Shown: positions 42,461 to 56,575 of the stretch, piece after piece | Layout: each line of letters starts with the position of its first letter | How positions within the stretch are numbered: position 1 is the stretch's first letter | Assembly: GCA_951406725.2 (NCBI GenBank) | Contig: OX597826.1 | Location: 79,918,001 to 79,982,000, forward strand | DNA length: 64,000 nucleotides | Direction of reading: 5' to 3' | Source of the DNA: Octopus vulgaris | Taxonomy: Eukaryota | The notes under the pieces: generated by a model | Told to the model about the DNA's origin: nothing | Seen by the model: the letters and a program-made list of their open reading frames with translations, nothing else | Databases searched by the model: none | Translations under genes and position numbers: made by a program

Positions 42461-42704
42461 ATTAATGCATAAACGAGATTAGGATGTAATGCATAATTTA
42501 TGCTAGAAAATCAGCGAAAGAATTCGGAATATCGTTCCTGAATTGCTTAAACAATTACCTTCAACACTTTCGTTATGTTTTCTCGATTATTCCATGCTTT
42601 TATTTTTATCTAACGCAGTGATATATTTTTTCAAAATTTAAAACTTTGTAATGGCGATGCGTTTCGTTCTTCAAACCTGTGCTGCTGCTGCTGCTGCTGT
42701 TGCT

Positions 42705-42845
42705 GGACAGACAGCATATTACTTTTCGAACAAGTCCTCATCGACTTTTTTCCAGTTTCACTTGAAAAGGAAAGTGAAAATAGAGGGTGAAGTGTTCACC
42801 TTCCGGGAGTATGTCGAAAGGTGGATGAGCGCGGATAGAAAAACA
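42705..42845 (+). pseudogene. L1/Tx1-like ORF2 C-terminal fragment
   Basis: FFQFHLKRKVKIEGEVFTFREYVERWMS resembles the F..HL..K...E......F..RW ending of Tx1-type ORF2; short match. Confidence 0.45.
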
Positions 42846-45008
42846 TTTAGGCTATGGGCCGTTCTCTAACAGGTTCAGGTGATACTAGTATTATGACAAT
42901 CTTTTATTGGCCTTCTCTTGTACCAGCGAGACGACATCGTCCATGTATTCACATATTTTCAATACTATTGTATAATTTTCATTTCATATTCTCACCGCAA
43001 CCACCATTCGAATTTTCCCTCACCAATCTTATTTAAGTCCCCCACCCCCCACCGCCAACAATGTGTAATCAGTCTTCATTTCAATATAACGCTCTTTTGA
43101 CAAATAAAGACATGATGATAATGACAACGACGATGACGATGATGATGATGATGATAATCATCATCATTATCATCGTCATCGTCATCGTCGATTCATCGTC
43201 ATTGTCGTCGCTGTCGTCGTTGTTGTTTCTGTTGTTGTTATTGTTGTTGTTGTCTGCGTCTGCTGTTGAAATTCAACAGAACAGTCGCTCTCTTCATTTT
43301 CTTCAGTATTTTGTTTTCTGGATTAGCATTGAAATTGCATTTTGAAAGTAAAGTTTTATAATTTACGAAGTGGAGGCTTTAGAATGTACGTGTATCCGAT
43401 CCTTTGTAATTTTAATTTTATTTCAAAATCCCCCAATATGCGCAAATATTTCGTTTTCTTTTTATAGTTCAACATGGAATGTTACAGTGGAATATCAGGA
43501 AGAGATAATCACAGTGTGGTGGTTGGCATTTAAACAAACACGCTTAAGCAAAATTATGAAAATAATATTAACATACGATAATAAATCTCTGAGCGAGGTA
43601 TTAACATATATAGCTACAATTAAAAAAACAACCAAAATCATGCAAATTTCTATTATTCGAATGAGAAACATATACTAAAAAAAAAAAAAAAAAAACAATT
43701 CCAACATCGGCGAGAACATCAAAATGAATACACGATGTTAAAATGTAAGCAACGATAAAGGCTGCTTTAGTGTCATACACGTTTGGGTTCCTAGCGGCAA
43801 AGTAGATGTTTTTTGCAATTGGAATGAGGCCCCGTCGCAGCAACAATTTGGCATGAATTTGTGATAAGGCACTCTCTTTCTCGCACTCCCCGCTTTCCCT
43901 TTCTCTCTCTCCCTCTCTCTCTCTTTACTCGGATACTTTGTCCAGCATTGGCCACGAGAAAGTTAATGCAACATTGTTTCAGTAAGGCAAGTGAATGGTG
44001 CTCTTTGCAGACTCTCCAAATACGTTTTAATATACTCTGGCTGATTTCTGGAAGAATCTATTGTCGACTGACCAAAGTAAAGCTTACCGTTGCATCTGAC
44101 TTCTCTTGAGGACATTAGGACATTTAGTCAGTAGACGGACTAAATTATGAGACTCGCATTTATACATAATCTTGAGCCACTGTATATAGGTTAGTGCAAT
44201 CGAAGAGGACAGTGGGGGACCTTGCCAGTGGTACTGACTTTTGAAAGCCTTCGATTTGTAGTACGATATGGGAGTATTGTGTGCGCGGAACTAATAAGCC
44301 TGATCAGGTCGAGTCAATATAGGTATGCCATAGAGTAAAGACAGTTTCTAGATCATAGAGATATTGCGAAACGCTCTCTTATTGAGGGCGCTGATTCAAA
44401 AGCAATTGGACTATTTGTTGTAAGTGCGGCTGCAAAAGTCACTGTGGGGAGGCGTTTGCCTCGAGAAGCTAGATAAAGATTGGAAGAGAGAGACAGGCAG
44501 AAAGAGAGAGAGAATGGAACGGAACAGCAACAACAAAGGCAAATGAAGGATACTGCTGTCCATCACGAGCACAGTCTGTTCCGGCCCCAGGAATGGTCAG
44601 AGAGAACACTTCATTCCGTTTCAGAAAAAGATAAAGAAGAGGTAAAAAAAAATCAGGAAAGCTGAGGCTCTCATCTCCCGGTTCACTATTCATCGTCTTG
44701 TGTAAGGAGAGAGGACGAGAGGAGCATTAATAGAAGAACATTTTACTTACCAAAGGAAAGCGTATCCAATATGAGAAGCAACAATAATATTCAAGGCACA
44801 GCCCCAAATAATGTTCTTTATTTTTATTGTTCCGAGCGCCTGTGGTTAATAAAGGAATTCGACAAAATCACTTTACTTTTAGATCTTTTCGTGCATTGGG
44901 ATCGGTATAATCGACTAACATCCTCCCGCTAAATTTCAGGCCTTCCTTGTGTCTAAAGTAAAAAGGGTCACCACCACTACCACCACCACCATGTGTGTCA
45001 TGTTTTTG

Positions 45009-45224
45009 TCCCCATACATTAAGGAGACCTCTAGGAGTATAGCGGAGAGACTAAACGGTAACTGCAGAGAATATAATGATAAGAAACAATCCTCCATACT
45101 CAATCAACATGCCAAAGGCCAACATGGCGGCACACTGAGCTGAATTGACATCTGCATTTTGTCGAAGCACCCAAAGAATTCATCATTTAGACAAATAGAA
45201 GAGAACATCCTAATAAATGAAACG
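45009..45224 (+). pseudogene. Penelope-like GIY-YIG endonuclease C-terminal remnant
   Basis: PYIKETSRSIAERLNG...SSILNQHAKGQH...*IDICILSK....FRQIEENILI fits YIGETxRxxxERxxEH...SxxxxH...H...IL...RxIxExxxI. Confidence 0.72.
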
Positions 45225-45230
45225 TTACAC

Positions 45231-45459
45231 GGAGTAAAGATTGTTTGCCAACATAACATGGTGGTCCTGGTTTAGGACGAATGTTGCTGTAATATAGCCC
45301 CAGGAGACATCGTCTCCAGCTGGCTATACGACACGATCTGTGTCCTTACATTTTCATGTCGTATAGCCAGCTGGAGACGATGTCTCCTGGGGCTAAATTA
45401 CAGCAACATTCGTCCTAAAACAGGACTGCCATGTTATGTTGGCAAACAATTTTTACTCC
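45231..45459. repeat. Fold-back inverted repeat, 103-bp arms, 23-bp spacer
   Basis: 45231-45333 vs reverse complement of 45357-45459: 5 mismatches by eye. Confidence 0.93.
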
Positions 45460-45599
45460 AAAGTACTGTTGCTGAATATCTCTCGTTGTGAGATTTAAAA
45501 ATAGTAATTTTCGAAACGTTACCCGTACTAAATAGGAAATACACGTAGAAGTTAGAGATACCCTCTTACCACAGATACCACTCATAGAGCATACGTACA

Positions 45600-45841
45600 T
45601 AGGTACATTCGTAAGTAGGCAGGTAAGTAGGAAAATATGTAGGTAGATAGATAAGTCGGTAGGTTTTGGTTGGTCAGGTCAAGTATATAGATTGTTAATT
45701 ATTTAACTATGTAGGTTGGTAGATTGGTGGGAATATAGGCAAGATAATAGGGAGATAAGTAGTCAAGTAGGTACATAAGTAGGGAAGTAATTTGGGAGAT
45801 AAGTAGGTAAGTAGATAGATAGACATATAGATAGAAAGATG

Positions 45842-45900
<59 letters not shown>

Positions 45901-46320
45901 GGCTAGATAGGTAGGTGGGTAGGTAGGTAGTTACATAGGCAATACGGACAGACAAGCACACGCACGCACATAAAGACACCGAAACACATGACCATATACA
46001 CCACGCCTGCACACAAAGATACATATGCGCATACATGCACACATGTCAGGTGTATGTGTATACTTATACAAACTCATGCGCATAGATTCACTCAAACACG
46101 CACACACCAGGAAGCGGATGTACATACACAGACACACACATACGTATATACATACGCAAACACTCAAGCACGCACTCATACACAAACACATGAATATGCA
46201 GAATACATACATACATACATACATACATACATACATACATACATACATACATACATACATACATACACACACAAGCACACGGTTGCACTGGCATGCACAC
46301 ACACGCATACACGCACGCAT
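45600..46320. repeat. (AGGT)/(AGAT)n and (CA)/(CATA)n degenerate arrays
   Basis: Directly visible. Confidence 0.9.
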
Positions 46321-47879
46321 TAAGATCAGAAGCAGACAAGTGCAGACTCTATAACGCACTAAGTCAATAGTCATTGCAAAGATGGTACGTAGCAACAAAA
46401 GAACATTTATAAACAAGAATAAAACAAATTAAACAATCGATTAATTAGTTGGATATTTAGACAATTAACTAATAAAGGAGTCGAATTGGACCAGTGCGTG
46501 TGTTAATTATATTGCTATAATGACTCTTCCTAGACACAACAAAATGAAACCATTATCATTATTATTATTATTGTTGTTGTTGTTGCTATTTTTGTTGTTA
46601 GTATTTTCCGAAGTATACTAATTGTGTCTGCGTGTGGGCGTTGTTAAGTTTGCTATTAGTGTTGTTTTGTGTTCTGCCTTGTGTCCGTGGGTGTCCGAGT
46701 TACTAGAAGTGTTTTTATTCAAAATGGCGTAATTTTTCTTGTGTAAAATGTACAACATACTGTATAATTCAACTGTTTTTGTTTCCCTGTTTTCCCTCCA
46801 TAAAAGAAGAAACCATTTTATCACTTTACGAGTGGAACAAGAAATATTTTTCGCCGCGAATTAAAGTCCTTTTCTCGCCAAATGGGGAAAAAATATTAAA
46901 TTACAGTCTTTCTATTCAGAGGAACCGCAAGAAATGTGTTTCCTATGTAATTTAATGTGCTACAAGTCAGTAATATTGGTTGAGTGATACGAAACAGGTG
47001 TTGATATTTCAAAATTGCATACCATAGAATAAAGTGTAAAGTCCTCTATGAAAATATTTGCGATTAACTTAGGGTCAGTTGAAGAAGGGAATCATCTACA
47101 ACCGGTGGTTGGTCTTCGAAAGAAGACGATTGACTATACGGAGAAATAAATTATAGTAAGAGCTAAGGAGCACACAAGAAGCAAAAATGAATGGTATCAT
47201 GGGTGATATACTAGCGGTGGAAATGATCCACGATCATTTCTTCAGCGAGAAGTGAATTGTTCTGGGATAACGAAGGAATGAAAAATGTTCGAAGGGTTTT
47301 CATGAGACGAAGTCTAACATACCTGAAGGAAATTATTGGATGATGAGGACGATAGTAAACAGGCCTGGTTGCTGCCCGGCCACTCATTCTTCTACAGTTT
47401 CTCGGTTTGAGCAAGTTACAATCGCAGACCAAGGTCAGTCATTTGGTATCTAGAATATGGCAAACTTTTCACTGAACTATATTCAGCTGGACAATGCGCC
47501 CATTGTCCAGCTGGATAAAGAGCGCATTACACTGCGTCATCCCATGTGTTTTTTTAAGGTGATAGCCGAAGGAATGAGTGGCGAGGACATATTTTTGGTT
47601 TTAGGTAGTCTTTGAATTTTCGTTCAAGGAAGAAAAGACTGAATCATGAGAAGTCATTGCCGTGGGACTAAGAAGTAGAAAGTACCAAGGCCAATGATCT
47701 TTGTCCTAGTACAAATCAAAAATACCAACCGTTATCAAAACAAGTTACCAACTAGCCATCCACCAACGCAATCCCTACAACAATATCAGTAAAAGTTTAC
47801 CCAACAACTGCGAAAAGCCACAACAACATTATCAGCAATCCTATGAAAAGACAAATACAAAAGCAGCACAGCAACAGCA

Positions 47880-48253
47880 GTGGAGGCGCAATGGCCCAAT
47901 GGTTAGGGCAGCGGGTTTGCGATCGGAAGATCGCTGTTTCGATTCCCAGACCGGGCGTTGTGTGTGTGTTTCTGGAGCGAAAACACCTAAAGCTCCACGT
48001 GGTTCCGGCAGTGGATGGTGGCGACCCCTGTTGTACTCTTTCGCCCCAACTTTCTCTCACTCTTTCTTCTTGTTTCTTGTCCCCGACTTCCTACGCAACC
48101 GCAGAGCCTAGATACGCATTCATCCATCCGTCGATGCTCTCGGTGTCGGGGGATGACCTGCTTTCTCTTCTGCGGGTCTTACGAATAGCAAAGGACCACG
48201 TTTCGGACTTCTCCCACTACGAACGAAGACCACTTCGCCCAACAAACAAACAA
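47880..48253 (+). mobile_element. Full-length tRNA-derived SINE (family D) with (CAAA)n tail and candidate 12-bp TSD
   Basis: A-box TGGCCCAATGG, B-box GTTTCGATTCC, tail CAACAAACAAACAA; ACAGCAACAGCA at 47868-47879 and 48254-48265. Confidence 0.82.
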
Positions 48254-48611
48254 ACAGCAACAGCAACCATACAAAAATCAACTCGTAGACATTCCCCTTC
48301 ACTTCAACACTCTCCGAAAGGTGAATACTCGTTTGGAAGAAAGTACGATACAAAACGACAAATGAATTCAAAAAAGGGGAGTGGGGACTGAACTAACTCT
48401 TCCCGGCGATTTAATCACACCTGAAACTTACAAATATTTGCTGATTCAAGCTGAGTATAGGTGATTTAAAATACACCCCCCCCCCAGTATGTTTTTTTTC
48501 TTTCTATCATTTCCTTATTATATATAAACCCTCACACTTTATGTCTGTCTCTGTATTGTCCCCCTCATCATTCACTCTTGTAGCAAATAAATGAAATCAT
48601 TATTATTATTA

Positions 48612-48658
<47 letters not shown>

Positions 48659-48744
48659 GTGGTTGTTGTTGTTGTTGTTGTTGTAGTGATGGTATTTGAT
48701 GATGAGATTCTTCGTCCTTAGAAATGCACGTATTCCTGCACACA

Positions 48745-48832
48745 CAAGGGTGGCATCATACAAAAGCTAAAACGATGCAAAAAGTGCACTGTGTACAGCG
48801 GTGTATAACAATATTTGATAGTTTGGTTGATA
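48745..48832 (+). mobile_element. Family C1 SINE 3' fragment
   Basis: GGGTGGCATCAT..AAAGCTAAAACGATGCAAA..GCACTGTG..CAGCGGTGTATAACAATAT matches 50878-50955. Confidence 0.65.
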
Positions 48833-49123
48833 CTATATATATATAGTATATAGTATACCTATATATATATAGGTAAATACAGAGAGAGAGAAAGGAGGGG
48901 GAGACTAATGTACTTTAAGATGATATATGGGATACACCACCCCTTGTTTCTATTTTCCTTCATAACCACATTATTGCCGTAGACCTAATTAACACTGGAT
49001 TATTTACTAAGCACTTGCAGTAAAAAGATACGTCGTTTACTAAGTTCAGATCTCTGCTTGAAAGTTAATATCCGTCTATCCATCCATCTATCCATCTAGA
49101 TTTATCCTCCTATCTAACTATAC

Positions 49124-49195
<72 letters not shown>

Positions 49196-49244
49196 ATATC
49201 TATCTGTCTATCTATCTATCTATATATCTATCTATCTATCTATC

Positions 49245-49579
<335 letters not shown>

Positions 49580-49603
49580 CACGTGGGCGCGCGTGTGTGC
49601 GTA

Positions 49604-49640
<37 letters not shown>

Positions 49641-50064
49641 GCTTGTCGGTCCGTGTATGGGGAAAGAGAGAATATGCGATAAGAGCGAATGCATTATAGA
49701 ACAACGGGCTGACAGCATTCAGCCGACCATTGTTTAGCAGAATGTTATTGTCCATTGAGACCCGGAGCCTGTTTCCAGCTTTCTGGACCATCAAACCAGT
49801 TTTCTTTATCTTCCCTGCACAAAAGTCTGAATGCCCGTGCTCGCATCAATGTATGTGTAAATACGAGTGAGTGGCTGGGTGTGTAGGTTAATTATTATTT
49901 TCTTCGTTTTCTGTTTTTCTTTAGGTTTTTAGCTCATTATTATCTTCGCTCTATCTTCGCTTTTCTTCTGAGTAAGCTGTCTCAATTAAAGCAGAATAAA
50001 GGAGTATCGTTCATAGCGGTTCAACCAATCAATCTACTATGTAAACAATATTCTAGTCACATAA

Positions 50065-50672
50065 AGGCGGCGAGCCAGCAGAATCTTTAGCACGCCGGGC
50101 GAAATGCTTAGCCGTATTTCGTCTGCCGTTACGTTCTGAGTTCAAATTCCACCGAGGTCGACTTTGCCTTTTATCCTTTCGGGGTCGATAAATTAAGTAC
50201 CAGCACTGGGGTCAATATAATCGACTTAATCCGTTTGTCTGTCCTTGTTTGTTCTCTCTGTGTTTAGCCCCTTGTGGGTAGTAAAGAAATAGGTATTTCG
50301 TCTGCCGTTTTACATTCTGAGTTCAAATTCCACCGAGGTCAACTTTGCCTTTCATCCTTTCGGGGTCGATAAATTAAGTACCAGTAGCTACTAGGGTCGA
50401 TCTAATCGACTGGTCTTCTCCCCCAAAACTTCGAGCTTTGTGTGTAGAGTAGATAATAGTCTAATCTCACAGATATGTGCCACCGGGATCGATGAATTAA
50501 GTACCAGCTGCGTACTGGGGTCGATATAATCGACTGGCCCCTCCTCAAAAACTTTGTGCCTTGTGCCTAGAGTTGAAAAGAATAATCTAGTTACACAGAT
50601 ATGTGCCACGGAGGTCGTTAATTTACATACCTGTTGCGTACTGGGGTCGATATGATCGACTGGCCTCCTCCC
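50065..50672 (+). mobile_element. Family A SINE followed by a head-truncated second copy and tandem ~124-bp repeats of its 3' region
   Basis: Full copy 50065-50291; second copy from 50292; AATT(A)AGTACC...GGGTCGAT..ATCGACTGG recurs at ~50372, ~50496 and ~50620; CACAGATATGTGCCAC at ~50468 and ~50594. Confidence 0.9.
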
Positions 50673-50690
50673 CACTTCTGTACAGACGTG

Positions 50691-50960
50691 AAGGCTCGTG
50701 GCCTAGTAGTTAGGGCATTGCTCTTTCGATCGTCGGATCATGAGTCCGATTCCTGGGTGTTCGTGAGCAAAACACTTCATTTCTCGTTGCTTCAGTCCAC
50801 TAGACTGTAAATGTGTAACCCTGCGATGGAATAGCCTTCTAATCAGGGGTAATGTTGGCCCGCTCACTTAGCCAGGGGAGTGGTGTCATTGGAAAGCTAA
50901 AACAATGTCAAATGCACTGTGATCAGCGATGTATAACAATATCCGATAGTATGGTGGATA
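50691..50960 (+). mobile_element. tRNA-derived SINE (family C1)
   Basis: A-box-like TGGCCTAGTAG, B-box-like GTCCGATTCC, central AACCCTGCGATGGAATAGC..ATCAGGGG; three other copies in the window. Confidence 0.75.
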
Positions 50961-51073
50961 CCGTGATACCGTGATATGTACACCGAAGAGCGTATATAAA
51001 ATGGAAGCATTGTTGTTTCTTTATCTCTAAGCGAGAGATATTCAGTAGCAGAACTTTATGTATACAGACACAT

Positions 51074-51116
<43 letters not shown>

Positions 51117-51117
<1 letters not shown>

Positions 51118-51378
51118 GGGGGAAGAGTCACAAAAATATATATGGTAACTGTGAGGAACTTGAATTGTGGTACTCTTTACCGTGAAGTAGAGAGCTCCTA
51201 AAAGTTTTCCCAATGAAACCAACGCCTGCGGCGTCTTGCAGTTGCTTTATGCGAAGACATTTAGGAGACTTGTTTGGCAGCAGTTTGGGCCAGACAAAGC
51301 ACATGCTGATGCACGACGGGGATTCATCGTGTAAGAACATCGCCAGTTACGGTCGGCGAATGATTCATGCGATGAAAT
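51117..51378 (-). pseudogene. Possible mariner fragment
   Basis: Minus strand HESFADR / VTGD / YTMNPRRASA resembles FLDRIVTGDEKW..YDNP.RK.SW with frameshifts. Confidence 0.4.
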
Positions 51379-51403
51379 AATATGTATACGAAAGATATAA
51401 ATA

Positions 51404-51513
<110 letters not shown>

Positions 51514-53429
51514 CATATATTTATGTATATATATATATACTACACACATACACATATATATGCCTGTGTATACATACGTATGTATGTATGTATGTATGTA
51601 TGTATGTATGTATGTATGTATGTATGTATGTATGTATGTATGTATGGGAGTGTTATTTGAAAAAAATATGAATGAGTTCTACTTTTGCATATTTTTATTT
51701 CATTTTAATCGTGTTTTCTCATAAATACTTCACAGTTTCCTTGGAACAGTAAAGTTCTGAAATTGTGACCTTTTTATATTCCTCGAAGTGAAAACATTCG
51801 CCAACTTTACTTCGTTCAGAATATGTGACAATGAATATAGAGAAACGTTCGGACTTGGAAAACGTTACTCTTCCAAAGAAATTTCGGGGGAATATTTCTA
51901 AAATGTTACAAAAGTCTTGTTAAAAAGATGAACATAGAACCCATTCGTGTTTCCATTATATACCTAAACAAAAAGCTGATCCGCATGTATTTTGCTGTCC
52001 ATTGATCGTTCGTTTTGGTTGTATATAAATTATTCACTTTCTTCTCTTTGTACGTTCAGGACAATTATATTACTCCCTCTATAACTCACTTATATTATTG
52101 TAGGTTTTCTATTTATGATAAAACTTTACACCGGCAGAAGAAAAGAGGTTACGCAGAAACGTCAGGATGTCCTGGAAAATTGTTATTGATAAATACATGC
52201 ATATTATATTTGCATGGGAACACATTTGCTATATAAATTTTCTTAGCCCCAACTAACTTCACATTCGTTGTGGAACACACTCAAAAAAATATACATGACA
52301 ATGAGAAACATCAATATGTACCTTGTAAGACTCGCGTGTTTTTAGTGACTACATAAGTCACTCCTCAGTAAATTAAGTTCCCTAATTTAACTTGTATATC
52401 AGAAGCCCTTTTGAAGGTATTTCCACTAACTCAGCAGACAGGATTTTTAAAGATTTCTATAAACACACATTCTATAGATTCCCGTGATACGTTTCGGTAA
52501 TATATATTTGACACATTGCAGTCGACTTCTATTCATAGCTGTCTCTTTCTGTTCCGGCTGAAGAGTCGAGAAGATAATGAAACAGTTAGGTGTTTGGAAG
52601 TTTACCTCATCGTAACTATACCAATACATTCTTTATGCCCCTTGTAACAATTCGAGATATATCATTTTATAGACGTTCGACCATTCCACATGGAGATTGT
52701 TCACATGGTCGACTAATTTCTAATTACTATTAGCGACACAGCATTCCTAATGACTCAGTAACTCAGTTAACCTAATTAAGAAGTGTTTTTTTGAAATTCC
52801 CATGTGTTTAGTTAAAATACTTACACTCATAGATACACACACGCACGCATGCACAAACGCACACACACTTGACCACGTACAAACATGCATACAATTCATA
52901 CACACATTGCTATTTATATTCATATGAAAATATATGCATGTATGTATGTATGTATATATGGGTATGTATATATTTCTATGTGTGTGTGATCATAAGGCTG
53001 TATATGCCGGATGAAATATCGCTCGTTCATTTCCATTAACCCCAAAGGCCATTATAACATAACTATTCGGCTGTGTCTAAAGCCTTTATCGACTGTGAAT
53101 AAAGGGAGGACATATTAAATACATTTACATTGTTAATCCACGTCGCCATCGGATGCCATAGGCTTTTCTTTTTCTACTTCACTTCTTTATTCCTATATCT
53201 CCATATCTCATTCTATTATATTGATCATCGCCATTTTGCTAATATTTATCAGACACTCCCTATTACTCACCGTCCTGAATGCGGGTTCTCAAAACAGTCG
53301 TAAATGCAAAAAAGATGCAAACATATACAGGCACAGGAATATAGAGACAAACATAAATATACAAAATAATGCAAAAGATATGTGCCGACATACATGTATA
53401 TCCGTCTATGTTTCTTTCTGTCTATCTAC

Positions 53430-53482
<53 letters not shown>

Positions 53483-53502
53483 CACTCACACATATATGTA
53501 TA

Positions 53503-53790
53503 GGAGATTTCGTGGTCTAGTGGTTAGGGACTTGCAGTCACGGTCGTGAGATCGTGGTTTCAATTCCTAGACCGAGTGATGCGTTGTATTTTTGAACAAA
53601 ACACGCCATGTCCCGTTGCCCTGCGACCACTACGACACCTGGCTCGTGCTACACCGAGCCCCTTTTAAGGCAGCGTCTATTTGATAGAAAGAGTGAGCTA
53701 ACGTGAGGTACAAACATTTGCCTAATTTTAACAAATCCTTTGTGCAGATCTTTCGGTAAAAGCTGAAAGGCTCAAACGTCGTTTGCGACG
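53503..53790 (+). mobile_element. tRNA-derived SINE (family C2)
   Basis: A-box TGGTCTAGTGG, B-box-like GTTTCAATTCC; body similar to 10356-10625. Confidence 0.7.
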
Positions 53791-53809
53791 CGAGAGCTCA
53801 TCGTATACA

Positions 53810-54185
53810 TCAGGTTGGTGCAAAAGTAATGCCCGATTTCTAGAAAAAATGTTTCAGAGCGGAATTTATCAATTTTTTAACCTCCTCTTGTAGTTTTAAG
53901 ATATCTCTGTGTCTAATTTGTACTATTTTGTTTCAGATTATCTAACTTTTGGTCATAATTCTCAGAAAATTTTACCACCATGCTTGTCCCATCTAAAGAT
54001 CACGTAAGAAATGTTTTACTCTACGAAATCTAATATAGTGTATCTGCAGTGACATGTTCGCGTGTGTAGGAATTAGTGTACGAAAGTAGCCCCTCTATGA
54101 GTCCTTTTGATATGTTAGATGAAGCGACTGGGTTATCTCAAATCATAGTAAAACACCTTGAAATATTACACGTTGTAAACGGCAG
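53810..54185 (+). mobile_element. Mariner 5' fragment (TIR plus transposase N-terminus)
   Basis: TCAGGTTGGTGCAAAAGTAATGC closely resembles the Hsmar1/MADE1-type TIR TTAGGTTGGTGCAAAAGTAATTGC; ATG at 53980 reads MLVPSKDHVRNVLLYEI* (compare KERIRHILLYE at 62760). Confidence 0.72.
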
Positions 54186-55743
54186 CTCTGAATGTACGAT
54201 AGCGTGGGATTTGAGAATAAGCATATCTTTCGTAACAGTTTCAAAATTTAACAAAAGAAAAAAAAAAACTTGCTTAAGATTTCTCTTTTAAACATTGGAC
54301 TACATTTCAGTCGGAAATGTTATTCAAAATTATTTTAAAATTTCAAAATTTCTTTTTCTTTTTTCTTCTCACTTTTTCATTGAAGGCTTCGCTGCAACCA
54401 GTCGTAACTTTTCTGACTATTTTTCCGGAAATTCTTTCTGCTTTTATGTTTTGGCAGAACTGCAGCTAAGTGCCCCGCCTCGGCTTTGTTTCCGGATAAC
54501 TCTCTTTTTAATGTATGCTTTTGTTTTTTAATGAAATACGCATCTTTGAAATAATCGTTCAGAGCGGGATTATAACCGGTTTATTGTTTGGATCATGTAT
54601 TTCTTCGTATCTCTAAAAGTTTGTGAATCCACAAAAATATTCTAAATAAAGGATACCTTACAACATACTCCGTTTCATTTATGTGACAACATTAAGTTTT
54701 GTAATTTTGCATCGATCAGTTAAATACTATAAATTTCATTTTTGTTTTGTTCCCATTTTTAATGAAAAAGATCTTTGCATAATACGATTGAATAATTTAC
54801 TTATGAAATGTATGAGGAAACCAAGTTGTTGAAGAGACAAATGTGACATCCTGGTTATTTTAAAGATTACGATTAGACATAGATCCACGTATTCTGTACA
54901 TAAATACACAGCATGTACGGATATGCATTCACACATGCGTTTGAATCATACAATCTGTCGAGAAATGTAATCAAATAGGGAAAAACTAATTTCGGTGATT
55001 TAAGATTGGAACCTCGAAAAATAACAATTTTTCATGAAATAATGTTAAAACATAGGCAGGTCTTTCGCGATAGTCTCAAAGTCAGGAATTTTTCCGCGCA
55101 CCCTCCTAGATATGATTCCTCTGTGGACAGAACAGTGAAAATCCTTCAGAATATCAATAAAAAATCAAAAGTGATCAAAAGAATACCGCAACAACACTAA
55201 ACGATCAAAGTTTTTTAACTGGGTCAGTTATAGAAATGGGTCACATTTAAGGAACGGATTCAGATGTGGGGCCACTTGGATTTTTCAGAAAATGACAAAA
55301 ATATTAACCTAAGCTTAAGATTATTTGATGCAGAGTATTGGGCAGGATCTCTTTAGATACTTCAAATGAAATGTCGTGAGAAAACGGTTTCATTTCCTCA
55401 TTTCAGGTACACAAAAGAAAAAAAAGTTTCTCTTTATAGCAGAGAGGTATATATCTTTGTTTCCTGAGCCTTTCACAGATACCCAGCTGTGACAATTAAA
55501 TTTAGCTGCTATTTCTAGCAAGTCACGCTGCGGCGTGGAAACCCCCCACTTCAGCGCATCAACGCCGCTGTAGTCTTCGATTTCATTGTTGTCTTACATT
55601 TTCCCCTTTTTTACCGTCTTTTTCAAACCACAAACTATTTACTCGGAGTAGCTTAAACTCTAGCAGTTTAGTTTACTTAGCATATAATTGTCAACTACTC
55701 TCGTATAAACTAACACATACACACGCACACACAAATACACGCA

Positions 55744-55791
<48 letters not shown>

Positions 55792-56312
55792 GACATACAC
55801 ACACACACATGCATGCAGGATCTCAGACACATGCACATACAAACCAACAGTCACACATACACACATACAAACATTCATATACACAGACGAGCACATTCAT
55901 ATAAACTTGTACGAATGAGGACCCATCTTCTGATATGGCGTTTTTATTCTTGTTCAAGAAGAAATTCCATTGTAAGATATCCGCCATTAAAACAAAGATG
56001 TATAGAGATAAATGCCAGTGCAGATGTCTCTTTGTACAGGTTTCAAAGGGTGAATTAGTGGACTCTAGACACACGGTCTAGTCATCTACTGACCAATTTA
56101 ATATTCTTATATTGATCAAGGTATATTTATTTATTTATCTTCTATCTCAGATTCATGAAGTGCTTTAGTATATTTCTTCGATACACGTAATAAACGGTTC
56201 TACCTGATAGTCTAAAGAAGTAGCTTGGAACCATAGAAATACCTGGCTAGATTCTATCTACACACGCATACACTAACTCATGGACATGCATACACTAACT
56301 CATACACACAAA

Positions 56313-56377
<65 letters not shown>

Positions 56378-56384
56378 GTGTGTG

Positions 56385-56440
<56 letters not shown>

Positions 56441-56462
56441 TACGTATATATATATACGTGTG

Positions 56463-56500
<38 letters not shown>

Positions 56501-56575
56501 TATGTATACATGTATGTATATGCATGCATGCGTATATTTATGTATGCTCGCATGTATGTATGTATGTGTGTATGC
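56313..56575. repeat. (TA)n/(TG)n/(TATG)n microsatellite
   Basis: Directly visible. Confidence 0.95.

Noticed and set aside
47483-47505. QLDNAP resembling the Tc1 QQDNAP motif
   Set aside because: No other Tc1 motifs nearby, and the sequence is explained by the local palindrome
47883-47955. tRNA gene
   Set aside because: A and B boxes are present, but the sequence runs into a SINE body with tail and TSD; the same holds for the heads at 10356, 27627, 50691 and 53503
47843-48391. 182-aa ORF
   Set aside because: Coincides with the family D SINE; no recognisable domain
50362-50672. Regularly spaced repeats resembling a CRISPR array
   Set aside because: The spacers are also similar to each other, the repeat is a SINE segment, there are no cas genes, and the context is eukaryotic
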